NCBI GenBank assembly: GCA_944390455.1
Contig: CALXPU010000003.1
Coordinates: 5,099 to 69,098 of the forward strand
Reading direction: 5' to 3'
Source: an uncultured Alphaproteobacteria bacterium
Lineage (GTDB): Bacteria; Pseudomonadota; Alphaproteobacteria; RF32; CAG-239
DNA: 64,000 nt
Part shown: positions 1-10,402 of the stretch, in pieces
Layout: every line of letters begins with the position of its first letter
Numbering within the stretch: position 1 is the stretch's first letter
Translations under genes and position numbers: made by a program
Notes under the pieces: generated by a model
Told to the model about the DNA's origin: nothing
The model's input: the letters and a program-made list of their open reading frames with translations, nothing else
Databases searched by the model: none

Positions 1-250
1 GCCAACTTTGATGGCTTTAGGTATGGGGCTGGTGCAGATTTTGGATGAAGCCAATCATGTGGCTGATGAATGGTTTATTTCCGTCGGTTCCGCGGACATT
101 AAAGAAGACACTTGTACAATTTTGACAGAATCTGCTTTTAATAAAAAAGACTTAAATCTTGAGTTGGTTAAGCAAATGTATGAGGATTTCAAAAATCCTT
201 ATTACAAATGGTTGTTAGACTATTTTGAAAGAGAAAAAACGAAAAAATAG
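1..250 (+). CDS. Hypothetical protein, 3' part (probably starts upstream of the window)
   Basis: ORF at the window edge, ending TAG at 250 and followed by a terminator; no recognisable motif. Confidence 0.55.
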   Translation, partial: PTLMALGMGLVQILDEANHVADEWFISVGSADIKEDTCTILTESAFNKKDLNLELVKQMYEDFKNPYYKWLLDYFEREKTKK

Positions 251-268
251 TTTGGTTCCGTTTTCTAT

Positions 269-301
269 AAAAGCTGTCTTGTTTTCAGGGCAGCTTTTTT
301 A
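269..301 (+). terminator. Rho-independent terminator
   Basis: AAAAGCTGTCTT-loop-AGGGCAGCTTTT hairpin plus T run. Confidence 0.7.
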
Positions 302-389
302 TTACCATTTGACTGTGTGAAACACGGGTTCAGGTATTGACCTTCATTGATGCATTGGTTAGGCTGTAATAAATTTTGGGAGAACAATT

Positions 390-1898
390 TTGAACAAACT
401 GATTAGTGCCAAAAGTTATTTAGCTAAATTTCAAGTTAAAGCCGGTCTTTTAATTGCGTTGACGGCTATACTCTATGGTTTGTTACTCAATAATATCAAT
501 CTTTGGAGCGATGAAATATATTCTGTGCTCATGGCTAATGACAGTTTCAAAGATATGTTCCATTTGCTATTTACAGAAGATTCAAAACCTCCGCTCTATT
601 ATTTGTATCTCAAATTTGTTTTATGCTTTTTCCCAAAAACTTATGAGATTTTCGGAGCACATTTTGCATCTTACATTTTACTTCTCGGAGCGCAACTTTT
701 TGCTGCCACAGCTATTCGGCGTGACTATGGTAATAAAGTTGCTTTATGGATGATAGCCTTACTTTTGCTGATGCCGCATTCTTTATGGCTGGCGTTTGAG
801 GTGCGTACTTATATGCTATCATCACTCTTAATGCTGATGGCTCTTGTCTATGGTTTACGTTTACTTGATAAGCCTAGAGGTTCTGACTTTTTTAAATTTG
901 CACTCACATCTTTAGCCGCTCTCTACACTCATTATTATTGCGCCATATGGCTTATGTTCTTCTATGGATATTTGTTTGTAACTATCTTGCACGCTCGTCA
1001 TAAAGATACATTAAAAAAATTCTTATATGTGGCTTTTGGGGTGGCTTTACTCTTTGCGCCTTGGCTTTATGTTCCTTACAATACTGCATCCTCTATCAGT
1101 AAATTTTGGTATGTCACTGCTGATTTTGTAAAACTAAGTACCCAATTTTTTGTTAATCCAGTGATGGGGGATATGGTGCAGTCTATTTTCCACGCCTTTA
1201 CCATGCTTGCCGCTGGGGCGCTAAGTTTCGTTATTGTTTGCGGGGTATGTTCGCCTGGTGGTATTCTAAAACAAAATAATAGACTTTATCGTTTATTGGC
1301 TGTCGCATTTTTTACGGTCATTGCCTCATATTGTTTATTATATGCGCTTTCACTTATAGTCAGACCGATGTTAACTTCTCGTTATATGCTTATTTTCTCT
1401 CCTTTGTGGCTTTTAGCCGGTGCGGTGGTGCTTTCTTCTTATCAGTTTTTGCAAAAAGGTTTCTTAGTTTTGGCTTTTTTAGGGTTCTTTGTTACTTATG
1501 GTGATGTTCGTGCTGCTTCATTTGATAAAGGCTATTCAAATCTCGTTCATGATCTTAGATTATTTGTACCGAAAGATGTCCCTATTCTTACTCTTGATAA
1601 CAACAATCTTTTTTGTGAATATTATTTACCTGAATACACATGTTTGGCTTTGGTAGATGAAAGCGGAGAAATCTTACGTATCCCTTCTATTTTGAAAAAT
1701 TTGGATCATTATTATGATCCTCTTCCCCCGATGGTTTTAGCGATTGAAAGTTATCAGCAACTTTCAAAATCCCAAGAGTGCATAAACTTTAAAACTCAAT
1801 ACCGTAAAAGCTTTGGTACGGATGTTTGTAAACTCAAGGCTCAAGATGCGGCTATTTTGTTGCAAAAAAGCTTAAAATTACGTTTGAACAACTATTAA
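390..1898 (+). CDS. GT-C fold membrane glycosyltransferase (family 39, PMT/ArnT-like)
   Basis: LWSDE, D-x-KPPLYY, EVRTY and LYTHYY motifs; many transmembrane segments. Confidence 0.8.
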   Translation: MNKLISAKSYLAKFQVKAGLLIALTAILYGLLLNNINLWSDEIYSVLMANDSFKDMFHLLFTEDSKPPLYYLYLKFVLCFFPKTYEIFGAHFASYILLLGAQLFAATAIRRDYGNKVALWMIALLLLMPHSLWLAFEVRTYMLSSLLMLMALVYGLRLLDKPRGSDFFKFALTSLAALYTHYYCAIWLMFFYGYLFVTILHARHKDTLKKFLYVAFGVALLFAPWLYVPYNTASSISKFWYVTADFVKLSTQFFVNPVMGDMVQSIFHAFTMLAAGALSFVIVCGVCSPGGILKQNNRLYRLLAVAFFTVIASYCLLYALSLIVRPMLTSRYMLIFSPLWLLAGAVVLSSYQFLQKGFLVLAFLGFFVTYGDVRAASFDKGYSNLVHDLRLFVPKDVPILTLDNNNLFCEYYLPEYTCLALVDESGEILRIPSILKNLDHYYDPLPPMVLAIESYQQLSKSQECINFKTQYRKSFGTDVCKLKAQDAAILLQKSLKLRLNNY

Positions 1899-1976
1899 AC
1901 ACGTTGACACTATAAATTTATGGTCTATACTTTGTTATAGGTTGTATTTTATAAGAAAAAAAATAAAAGAGGCGTC

Positions 1977-2834
1977 ATGGTTGGAAGAAGTAAAAAACCT
2001 CAGGTGGCTGCTATCGGTGAAGTTGTGTTTGATATTATGCCCGAAAGCAGAAAACTTGGTGGTGCACCAGCCGATTTTTTACATTATGCGGTTAAATATG
2101 GTGCAGCAGGACATTTAATCAGTGCAATCGGTGCAGATGATTTAGGACGCGAAGTTGTTGCAGAATTGCATAAATTTGAAATTAATCCAGTCTTAGCCAT
2201 CACGCCATATCCGACCGGTCGAGTTATCATATTTAAAAATTCAAATGGTTCACTTACCGCTCATATTCTAGAAAATGCTGCATGGGATTATATTCCTTTT
2301 ACTGAAGATGCTGAAAAATGTATTAAAAATATTGATGCGGTTTATTTTGATACGCTGGCTCTTCGTAAAGCCTATTCAAAAGGAACTGTCCTTGATTTAA
2401 TTGCATCGGCTCCTAAAAAAGCTGTTAAGTTTTTTGATGTTAATCTGCGGCAAGATTACTATGATAAACAGACTATTCTGCAATTGCTTGAGATGGCTGA
2501 TATTTTGAAAGTTAATATGGATGAACTGAAAATTTTAAAAAACATACTTAAACTTTCAGGCTCTACTGAAGAGATGTGCGGACAAATTAGAGAGCGTTAC
2601 CAACTAAAATATCTTATCTTAAATGATACAGCTAAAGAAAGTCGAGTTTTTGGTGAAACAATGACTTTTGTTAAAAATGACGGTATTAGACAATCCTTTG
2701 CTTATGGTGCCGGAAATGCTTTTGCTGGTGCTTTTATGTCGTCTATCCTTAAAGGAAAATCTCAGCAAGAAGCTCATGATATTGCTAATCAGGCAGCGGT
2801 TGAAGTTTGCCTTGCCTCTTGTAAAAACTCGTAA
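1977..2834 (+). CDS. PfkB/fructokinase-like carbohydrate kinase (catalytic GAGD is GAGN)
   Basis: GEVVFD, GGAPA, IGADDLG, PTG, FFDVNLR and GAGNAF motifs. Confidence 0.85.
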   Translation: MVGRSKKPQVAAIGEVVFDIMPESRKLGGAPADFLHYAVKYGAAGHLISAIGADDLGREVVAELHKFEINPVLAITPYPTGRVIIFKNSNGSLTAHILENAAWDYIPFTEDAEKCIKNIDAVYFDTLALRKAYSKGTVLDLIASAPKKAVKFFDVNLRQDYYDKQTILQLLEMADILKVNMDELKILKNILKLSGSTEEMCGQIRERYQLKYLILNDTAKESRVFGETMTFVKNDGIRQSFAYGAGNAFAGAFMSSILKGKSQQEAHDIANQAAVEVCLASCKNS

Positions 2835-2866
2835 ACGTATTATCTATATATAAAAAAGTTTGGGCA

Positions 2867-3988
2867 ATGACGGTAGAATTAAAACATATTAATCAAGAAT
2901 TTCATTTAACTTTCAACAGTGATACAAATACTGCTGATGAAGATGATATTACGCCAATTATAGATGATATAACCGCATGGAAAAATCAGGGTGGAAAAAT
3001 AATTTTTTTTGAGGTGAGCGATGCTTCAAACACCTACTCTTCTCCTATTGCCGCACAAATTTTTGGATGGGCTAAGAGAATTAAATCGCTTGGTCTTGAT
3101 TTTAATCTCTCATTATTACCTAAAAATTTGCAAGAGATGCTGGTTCTCGCTCTTAAAGTAGAAAATACACCGCCGAAAGAAAAAAAGAATGCTATGCCCT
3201 ATTTGGAGAGAATTGGAGCAAAGAGTTTTGAAGTTTTCAAAAAAGTTAAATCTGCTTGTCTGTTTATTCATGAAACCAATTTATCACTTTTGCGCTTCTT
3301 TACCGGTCAAGCTATTTGGCGAAAAAATGATTTTTTATTCGTTTTTGCCGATTGCAGTTATAAGGCTGTCGGGATTATCTCTCTGGTTAGTTTTTTGGTC
3401 GGTCTTATCTTAGCTTTTGTTGGGGCTCTTCAATTACGTACATTCGGCGCAGGTATTTATGTTGCCAGCATGGTGTCTATCGGTATGACACGAATTATGG
3501 CTGCCATTATGGTGGGGATTATTATGGCCGGTCGTACGGGCTCTTCATATGCGGCCACGCTCGGTACCATGCAAGTTAATGAAGAAATTGATGCGCTTAA
3601 AACTTTGGGTATCAAAATATCTGATTATCTGATTACGCCTCGTCTGATTTCTTTAGTTTTCACTATTCCGTTTTTGACAATGCTTGCTGATGCTTTAGGT
3701 ATTTTTGGCGGAGCTATTGTTGGTGTTGCCTTTTTGGATATTTCCTCATCTTCTTATTTTGATTTTGCTATTAAGGCATTGACTTTGGAAAATATTTTGG
3801 TGGGTTTGATGCATAGTATTGTCTACGGTATTATCATTTCTTTATGCGGTTGTTATGAGGGACTTAATGCCGGAAGAGACGCGGATAGTGTCGGTAAAGC
3901 AACCACAGGTGCGGTTGTTACAGCATTAGTTTGGATGATTGTTGCCACAGGTATTTTGACTGTGCTTTTGGAAATGGCAGGTATATGA
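2867..3988 (+). CDS. mlaE: MlaE-family ABC permease with N-terminal STAS-like extension
   Basis: AGRTGSSYAATLGTMQVNEEIDALKTLG and VGKATTGAVV motifs; operon context. Confidence 0.9.
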   Translation: MTVELKHINQEFHLTFNSDTNTADEDDITPIIDDITAWKNQGGKIIFFEVSDASNTYSSPIAAQIFGWAKRIKSLGLDFNLSLLPKNLQEMLVLALKVENTPPKEKKNAMPYLERIGAKSFEVFKKVKSACLFIHETNLSLLRFFTGQAIWRKNDFLFVFADCSYKAVGIISLVSFLVGLILAFVGALQLRTFGAGIYVASMVSIGMTRIMAAIMVGIIMAGRTGSSYAATLGTMQVNEEIDALKTLGIKISDYLITPRLISLVFTIPFLTMLADALGIFGGAIVGVAFLDISSSSYFDFAIKALTLENILVGLMHSIVYGIIISLCGCYEGLNAGRDADSVGKATTGAVVTALVWMIVATGILTVLLEMAGI

Positions 3989-4749
3989 TGAAAGATATTA
4001 TTACAGTCAAAAATCTTAGAGTTGCTTATGGGGATTTTATCTTGTTTGATGATATTAACTTTTCTGTACAAGAAAAAGATATTTTCATCATTATGGGCGC
4101 CAGCGGTTGCGGTAAAAGCAGTATGTTGCGCGTTTTAACCGGTTTGGTTACACCGGTGCAAGGTGAAGTTTTGGTCAATGGGCAGAACTTTTCTGATGCC
4201 GATGCTCAACAAAAAACAGAAATCATGAAAAGCTGTGGCGTGCTGTATCAAAGTGGCGCCCTATTCTCTTCCATGACGTTGAAAGAAAATGTTTCTATGC
4301 CGTTGGAACTTTATACCAACTATTCTAAAAAAGAAATTGCCGAGTTGGCTTCTTATAAACTGGCACTTACCGGTTTACATGGATTTGAAGATTTTTATCC
4401 GTCTGAAATTTCCGGCGGTATGAAAAAAAGAGCTGCTCTTTCCAGAGCTTTGGCTCTTGATCCTAAAATTGTTTATTGTGATGAACCTTCTGCCGGACTG
4501 GATCCTATCAGTTCCAAGCGGTTGGATGATTTAATTTTGGAACTTAATCAGAATTTGGGAACGACGTTTGTGGTGGTTACACATGAATTGCAGTCTATTT
4601 TTGCAATCGGTAATAATTCTATCTTTCTTGATGGAAAAGTTAAAAATATTACCGGTAGAGGCAATCCGAAACAAATGCTGCAAACGCCGCCTAACCCTGA
4701 AATACTTGAATTTTTAACCAGAGGTGTCGAAAATGGTCAAACAGCCTAA
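3985..4749 (+). CDS. mlaF: MlaF-family ABC ATPase
   Basis: Walker A GASGCGKS, ISGGMKKR, DEPSAGLDP; start overlaps the mlaE stop. Confidence 0.9.
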   Translation: MMKDIITVKNLRVAYGDFILFDDINFSVQEKDIFIIMGASGCGKSSMLRVLTGLVTPVQGEVLVNGQNFSDADAQQKTEIMKSCGVLYQSGALFSSMTLKENVSMPLELYTNYSKKEIAELASYKLALTGLHGFEDFYPSEISGGMKKRAALSRALALDPKIVYCDEPSAGLDPISSKRLDDLILELNQNLGTTFVVVTHELQSIFAIGNNSIFLDGKVKNITGRGNPKQMLQTPPNPEILEFLTRGVENGQTA

Positions 4750-5575
4750 CTTAAAAATGATTGGTCTTTTTGTCAGTATCGGGCTTTTATCGCTCTTTTT
4801 GATGTTGGCATATTTCTTAAAATCTAAATTTTCTGACAACGAATCTATTGTTGTTATGTATTTTGACGAATCGGTGAAAGGACTTGATGTCGGCGCTCCG
4901 GTCTTATTCAAAGGAGTTAAAATCGGTGAAGTTACTGAGGTTCGTTTACAAGCTAATTTGCAGACTATGCAATTTCTTATTCCGGTTTATGCCAAAATCT
5001 ATAACGGAAAATCTTTGATTACCAATAATCGCGATGAAAGAACCAGGCTTGATAAATTTATTCAAGATGGTTTGAGAGCGCGCTTGGCAATTAACTCTGT
5101 TATTACAGGTCAGCTGTTAATTGAATTGGATATGTTCCCTAAATCTAAGATTATATTACACGAAGAAGCAAAAAATGAATTTGAAATTCCTACTATCGGT
5201 TCGCCTTTTGCTGAAATATCCAAGAGTATTCAAGTAATGCCGATTACACAAATTGCCGATGATGTGCACAACATTACTCAGGCTTTGAACAAAGAACTTC
5301 CGCCTTTACTTTCTAAGATGAACTCTACTCTTGATACCGTTGATTATATCTTGAAAGAAAATAAAAATAATACCACAAAAATGGTGGCTGAATTCGGTAC
5401 GGCAGCACAAAACGTCGGCGGTGCGGCTAAGTCTATTGATGCGCTTATGGGAGAGAACGCAGCACAAATTTCAACCTTAATTGAAACTTTAACGGCTGCG
5501 GCTAACTCTCTAAAAAATCTAACAGATTATCTGCAAATGTACCCAAGTTCCATTATTACCGGAAAGGATGAATAA
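4733..5575 (+). CDS. mlaD: MlaD/MCE-domain protein
   Basis: N-terminal TM helix; FDESVKGLDVGAPVLFKGVKIGEV MCE motif; C-terminal P.SII.G. Confidence 0.85.
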   Translation: MVKQPNLKMIGLFVSIGLLSLFLMLAYFLKSKFSDNESIVVMYFDESVKGLDVGAPVLFKGVKIGEVTEVRLQANLQTMQFLIPVYAKIYNGKSLITNNRDERTRLDKFIQDGLRARLAINSVITGQLLIELDMFPKSKIILHEEAKNEFEIPTIGSPFAEISKSIQVMPITQIADDVHNITQALNKELPPLLSKMNSTLDTVDYILKENKNNTTKMVAEFGTAAQNVGGAAKSIDALMGENAAQISTLIETLTAAANSLKNLTDYLQMYPSSIITGKDE

Positions 5576-6143
5576 GATGAAAAGATTTTGGTTATTACTC
5601 TTGATTTTTACCGTTTCTGCCTGCGCCAGTAAAAATCCTAACTTCTATCAACCCGTTGCTTGGAACGAAACGCAACTGGTTTATCCCGATTTTAAACAAA
5701 ATATCTTAGTTGATAATGTCCTTTTGCCGGCTTCTCAATCTAAACCCCAAATTACAACTTTGGGACGTGAAAACTATGAACTCAAAATTGATGAGTTTAA
5801 CCGTTGGGGTGCTAATCCCGATAAACTTATTCAACAAGTCCTTAATGATAATTTGAGCTTTATCTTCCCTAATGCTATTGTTGAAAATAAAACGACTCTT
5901 CGCAAAAACTATAAATTTGCCGTATGGGTTGAGATTCAAAAAATGAACGGTCGGCTTGATGAAAATGCTATGTTGCAAGCCTCTTACTTTATTAAAAATC
6001 AAAAGGGGCTTATCCTAAAACAAGGACAGTTTAAACAAAATATCGTCATTGACGGTGATTATGATGCTTATGTGCCGGCTCTGAGCAAACTCCTAGGACT
6101 TTTAGCTCAGACTATTGCCGATGATTTGGTTTCTCTTAAATAA
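5568..6143 (+). CDS. PqiC-like ABC auxiliary lipoprotein
   Basis: Lipobox VSAC, FNRW motif, last gene of the MCE operon. Confidence 0.75.
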   Translation: MNKMKRFWLLLLIFTVSACASKNPNFYQPVAWNETQLVYPDFKQNILVDNVLLPASQSKPQITTLGRENYELKIDEFNRWGANPDKLIQQVLNDNLSFIFPNAIVENKTTLRKNYKFAVWVEIQKMNGRLDENAMLQASYFIKNQKGLILKQGQFKQNIVIDGDYDAYVPALSKLLGLLAQTIADDLVSLK

Positions 6144-6163
6144 ATGGACTGTTTTTAACGCTT

Positions 6164-6200
6164 ATCCAATCAGGTTCGTTTACTTGATTGGATTTTTTTT
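6164..6200 (+). terminator. Rho-independent terminator of the mla operon
   Basis: ATCCAATCAGGT...ACTTGATTGGAT followed by a T run. Confidence 0.65.
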
Positions 6201-6292
6201 GTATTTGACGTTTCTTTCTTCTAAAAACTATTTGACAAAATTTTTTTTTGACTTATGCTGTTTGGCGTATCATTTATTAAAAATATATTTTT

Positions 6293-6970
6293 ATGGAAGA
6301 AAAAATCGTTAAGACCGTTGCTTGGTCCGATGCCAAGGCGCTTGTAACAGCCCTTGCCAGTCAGAATTTAGGTAGAGCCAATAATAAGAAGCCTGCCGAT
6401 TTTTGTGAGTTTATTGTTGCTTATCCGATGATTACCAGAAAACGTATGGTCGATTTTTTGGAAAATATCGTATTAAACAAATCGCTCAGTGATGTTACTT
6501 CTATGGCCACGGTTGCCGAAGACAGTTGCTTGTTTTCTACAGAAACAGCTACGGCTCTTGAAGTTGTTCTCAGACATCTTAACAAACTGAATAACGGGGG
6601 AAAATTACAGTCCTTGTGGGGCTTCTTGGATGATGATAAAAAAGCTGTTATCCATTTCGTCAATAAAGGCGGATGGTATGCCGAGGCTTATTTCAGCAGT
6701 CCTACGGAATTTTCTGTCGTTCATCTGATGTTGTCATCTCAAGGAGAGAAGTTTTTTATTCCGGTTACTTTTGTTAAAGATTTGAGCAAATTGGCGGCAA
6801 AAGTCAGCTTGACGGGAAATTTCTGTTTGCATGACTATTTGCCTCGAACAAAGTTCGATTTTCTTTCTAAAGGCGGTAAACAGTCCGGGGATGTTTCTCA
6901 GTCACTTTCCAGTGAGAAAAAACACTCTCTTCACAAACGTCACTCTCGTGACGCAGGTGATTTTCTTTAA
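6293..6970 (+). CDS. Hypothetical protein (stand-alone, no SD sequence)
   Basis: 225-aa ORF with its own terminator; no recognised motif. Confidence 0.65.
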   Translation: MEEKIVKTVAWSDAKALVTALASQNLGRANNKKPADFCEFIVAYPMITRKRMVDFLENIVLNKSLSDVTSMATVAEDSCLFSTETATALEVVLRHLNKLNNGGKLQSLWGFLDDDKKAVIHFVNKGGWYAEAYFSSPTEFSVVHLMLSSQGEKFFIPVTFVKDLSKLAAKVSLTGNFCLHDYLPRTKFDFLSKGGKQSGDVSQSLSSEKKHSLHKRHSRDAGDFL

Positions 6971-7060
6971 CCTTATGATTTATATTTGAATTATTTTTTG
7001 TTTAGCATGTTACTGAGGAGAATTATCGTGAGATAGAGATCTCCTTATTTGGACAAAGTC

Positions 7061-7140
7061 AGAAAAGAATTTCGTTGTGAAACGAGGTTCTTTTTTTATG
7101 TAAAAAAAAACAGCCTGAATACAAAATCAGACTGTTTTCT
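7061..7140. terminator. Two hairpins terminating convergent genes
   Basis: AAAAGAATTTCGTT..AACGAGGTTCTTTT and AAAACAGCCTGA..TCAGACTGTTTT. Confidence 0.6.
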
Positions 7141-7148
7141 TCTTTTAC

Positions 7149-7970
7149 TTAAATCCAAAAGCATGGAATAACTTTTATATCCCGGTCAATGTAGATAGAA
7201 CCTTGAAAGCAACCTCCGTCTTTTTGCATAGATATACCTTCCAGAGAGCGGCCGTTCCAATGTGACATAGGAAATGTCCCTACTCCGTACCATAAGCCTA
7301 AAAGCGGAGCAACCATCTCATTTGCAGATCTAGCCGCTTTCATCTCTGCCGGTGATATCATAAAGCAATCATTCGGATTAAGACCATTTTTAGCATAATT
7401 GGTAATATATTCCCAAACTTCTGTCTTTATTACCTTTAATCGAAACGCTTTATATATTGCTTTGGTATTAGCATAGCCGTCAGGAAAAGCTTCAATTGCA
7501 TCCGGAAGATATTTATCCAAACTTAAATAAATGAGTTTCATTTCCACAAAATCTGGGACACAACACAAAGCGCGATAACCTATCGGTGCGGTTTTATCAG
7601 GATTTACCCACAAAATATACCCGCTTAATTCTGCTATAGAAAAACCATTGCGTATGACTATCGAACCGTTATTATAAACTTTTCCGCCACATTCGGCTTT
7701 TGCTATTTGTTCCGCTGTTACCTTCTTTGCCAGCTCAATAATCGGCGCGGATGATCGCGGCATTTTAATCGGTTGGTGCTTTTTCTCCGTTGCTTCTGTA
7801 AAAGATTTTTCTTGCAAATTATCTGCCTCAAATGGCTGTTTTATCGTCGCAATGGCATTTAAGCGACCGTTGACGAATTTACGCCCATAGCTTCCATCTT
7901 TGAATAGATAAAACGGATAGCCGATTTCTTGGCCGATGGCATTTAATTGGCTTAAATTTAATTTTTCCAT
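7149..7970 (-). CDS. Hypothetical protein (stand-alone, no SD sequence)
   Basis: 273-aa ORF containing DGYANTKAI; no confident family. Confidence 0.65.
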   Translation of the reverse strand: MEKLNLSQLNAIGQEIGYPFYLFKDGSYGRKFVNGRLNAIATIKQPFEADNLQEKSFTEATEKKHQPIKMPRSSAPIIELAKKVTAEQIAKAECGGKVYNNGSIVIRNGFSIAELSGYILWVNPDKTAPIGYRALCCVPDFVEMKLIYLSLDKYLPDAIEAFPDGYANTKAIYKAFRLKVIKTEVWEYITNYAKNGLNPNDCFMISPAEMKAARSANEMVAPLLGLWYGVGTFPMSHWNGRSLEGISMQKDGGCFQGSIYIDRDIKVIPCFWI

Positions 7971-8136
7971 AATTGTTGATTTTAATAGTTTTGATAATAA
8001 TTTTCTTTGTGGGCGATTATATGATGGTATCTATAATTGTCAATCTCTATGTCTTACCTTTTTTGTGGGAAAAAGGGTTTTATGGTTGCAAGTTTTCTCT
8101 TTGCGTTTATGGTGTAAGAAATAAGGAGTTTTTCTG

Positions 8137-9396
8137 ATGATTTTTTCAAAATTTGAGAATATGGTTGCGGGCAGATATTTGCGCGCAAAACGCAAAGAAG
8201 GATTTATTTCGGTTATTACTTCTTTTGCTTTTATCGGTATTGCTTTGGGGGTGGCAACGCTTATTATCGTTACATCCGTTATGAACGGTTTTAAATCTGA
8301 ATTACTCGGGCGCATTTTGGGAATTAACGGACATATCAGCATTGTCGCTATTCGCAATACGCCGTTTAATAACTATCAAGAAGCCGTTAAGCTGTTAGAA
8401 AGCAAAATTCCAGGAGTTAATATTGCTATTCCGATGGTTGAAAAGCAGTTACTCGCAACGGCAGGTAATTCTGCAGAAGGCGTTATGGTGCGCGGAATTA
8501 ATGCCACGGATATTCAAAAGAAAAAGGTTCTTCGTGATGGATTCAAAGATTTTGATTTGAAATTGTTTAAGGGGGATACTATTGTTTTAGGACAACGTCT
8601 TGCCAATAAACTCGGTGTTATGGAAGGCGATGAGGTTACCCTACTCTCTCCAAGCGGTAAAATTACAATGTTCGGAACTGTACCGAGGATGAAAACTTAT
8701 CGTGTTGCGGGAACATTTAACTTTGGTATGTATGAATATGATGCCAACTTTATTTTTATGCCGCTTGAAGCTGCGCAAAAGTTCTTTTCTTTGGGTAACG
8801 GCGTTACCGGAATTGACGTTACTCTTCGTGATGATGCTGATGTTGATTATATTCGCCAAATCATTGCTGCAGCTATAGAATCTTCCGGCAATAAAGCTTT
8901 TGTATATGATTACAGACAAACAAACTCTGCATTCTTTAATGCGATTGATGTTGAGCGCAACGTCATGTTTATCGTTCTTACCCTTATTATCTTAGTGGCT
9001 GCATTTAATATCATTACCGGCTTGATTATGCTTGTTAAAGACAAGGGACGCGATATTGCCGTTTTACGAACAATGGGGGCAACTAAAGGTGCTATTATGC
9101 GCATTTTCTTCCTTGACGGTGCATTTATCGGAGTGGTTGGAACTGTTCTTGGGGTTATTCTTGCTTTGCTCTTCTGTGATAATATTGAAAATATCAGACA
9201 GTTTTTGCAATCTGTTGCCGGACGCGATCTTTTTGCGGCAGAGATTTATTTCTTGTCTCAATTGCCGGCTAAAGTAGAAATGTCCGTCGTCTTAACCGTT
9301 GCGGGAATTTCTCTCTTGCTTTCTTTCTTGGCAACACTTTATCCGGCTTATCGGGCTGCGAAAATGGATCCTGTGGAGGCTTTGCGCTATGAATAA
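8137..9396 (+). CDS. lolE: Lipoprotein-releasing ABC permease LolC/E
   Basis: RYLRAKRKEGFISVI, GIALGVATLIIV.SVMNGF, ATLYPA.RAA..DPVEALRYE. Confidence 0.95.
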   Translation: MIFSKFENMVAGRYLRAKRKEGFISVITSFAFIGIALGVATLIIVTSVMNGFKSELLGRILGINGHISIVAIRNTPFNNYQEAVKLLESKIPGVNIAIPMVEKQLLATAGNSAEGVMVRGINATDIQKKKVLRDGFKDFDLKLFKGDTIVLGQRLANKLGVMEGDEVTLLSPSGKITMFGTVPRMKTYRVAGTFNFGMYEYDANFIFMPLEAAQKFFSLGNGVTGIDVTLRDDADVDYIRQIIAAAIESSGNKAFVYDYRQTNSAFFNAIDVERNVMFIVLTLIILVAAFNIITGLIMLVKDKGRDIAVLRTMGATKGAIMRIFFLDGAFIGVVGTVLGVILALLFCDNIENIRQFLQSVAGRDLFAAEIYFLSQLPAKVEMSVVLTVAGISLLLSFLATLYPAYRAAKMDPVEALRYE

Positions 9397-10126
9397 TGAT
9401 TTAATTAATAATGCACCGGTTTTGCAACTGAGCGGTATCGTTAAAAACTATAAACAAGGAAAACAAACGCTTGAAGTCCTTTCCGGTGTTGATTTATCTA
9501 TCCATACAGGCGAAGTTATCGCTTTGGTCGGACAAAGCGGCTCGGGTAAATCCACCCTTTTGCAAATTGCGGGCCTTCTGGATAAACCTTCCGGCGGACG
9601 TATCTTTATTAATGGCGAAAATATTGGTAAAGCTTCTGATGATTTACGCACGTCTCTTCGTCGTGATTACATCGGTTTTGTTTATCAATATCACAATTTA
9701 TTGGGGGATTTTTCCGCTCTTGAAAATGTTATGTTGCCGATGCTTATTGCGGGTAAATCTCCTAAAGAAGCCGAAGATAGAGCTACTCTATTGCTTGATA
9801 AATTAAAGCTTTCTCATCGCTTAAAACATCGTCCGGCCGAGCTTTCCGGCGGTGAACAGCAGCGTGTCGCTATTGCCAGAGCTTTGGCTAACTCTCCTAA
9901 ATTGTTGTTAGCAGATGAGCCGACCGGCAATCTTGATCCGAACACTTCCGAAGGGGTATTTTCCGCTTTGCTCGGGATTATCAAAGAAACCGGTTTGGCG
10001 GCTTTAATTGCTACACATAATATGGAACTAGCGGCTCGGATGAATCAGCAATACAAACTCAAAGACGGTGTGCTTGAAAATATGAACGAACCACTCTTTA
10101 CTAAAGTACGGAAGAATTTTTACTAA
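9389..10126 (+). CDS. lolD: Lipoprotein-releasing ABC ATPase LolD
   Basis: GQSGSGKSTLL, GFVYQYHNLL, LSGGEQQRVAIARAL, DEPTGNLD. Confidence 0.95.
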   Translation: MNNDLINNAPVLQLSGIVKNYKQGKQTLEVLSGVDLSIHTGEVIALVGQSGSGKSTLLQIAGLLDKPSGGRIFINGENIGKASDDLRTSLRRDYIGFVYQYHNLLGDFSALENVMLPMLIAGKSPKEAEDRATLLLDKLKLSHRLKHRPAELSGGEQQRVAIARALANSPKLLLADEPTGNLDPNTSEGVFSALLGIIKETGLAALIATHNMELAARMNQQYKLKDGVLENMNEPLFTKVRKNFY

Positions 10127-10402
10127 GTTCCATTTTTTGAGTGGTTTTAGTGTATTGCATAAAAAAATGCTTGCAAAATTATTTTTTTGCGATATGTTAG
10201 GTTCACTTCCGAGAAAGAGGACGGTGTTTTTCGGGATTCAAGTGGGGAGTTTTACGCACCCTTTGTTTCTCAGGCATAACGCCCCGTTTGCGCAGATTGT
10301 TTGATATACTTGCTTTAGAGCATTTTTCTTTAGCTTATATCTTATCTCAACGACAAAACTATCGGGACAATAATTTAATAAACTAATTTAAGGATTTTTT
10401 TA

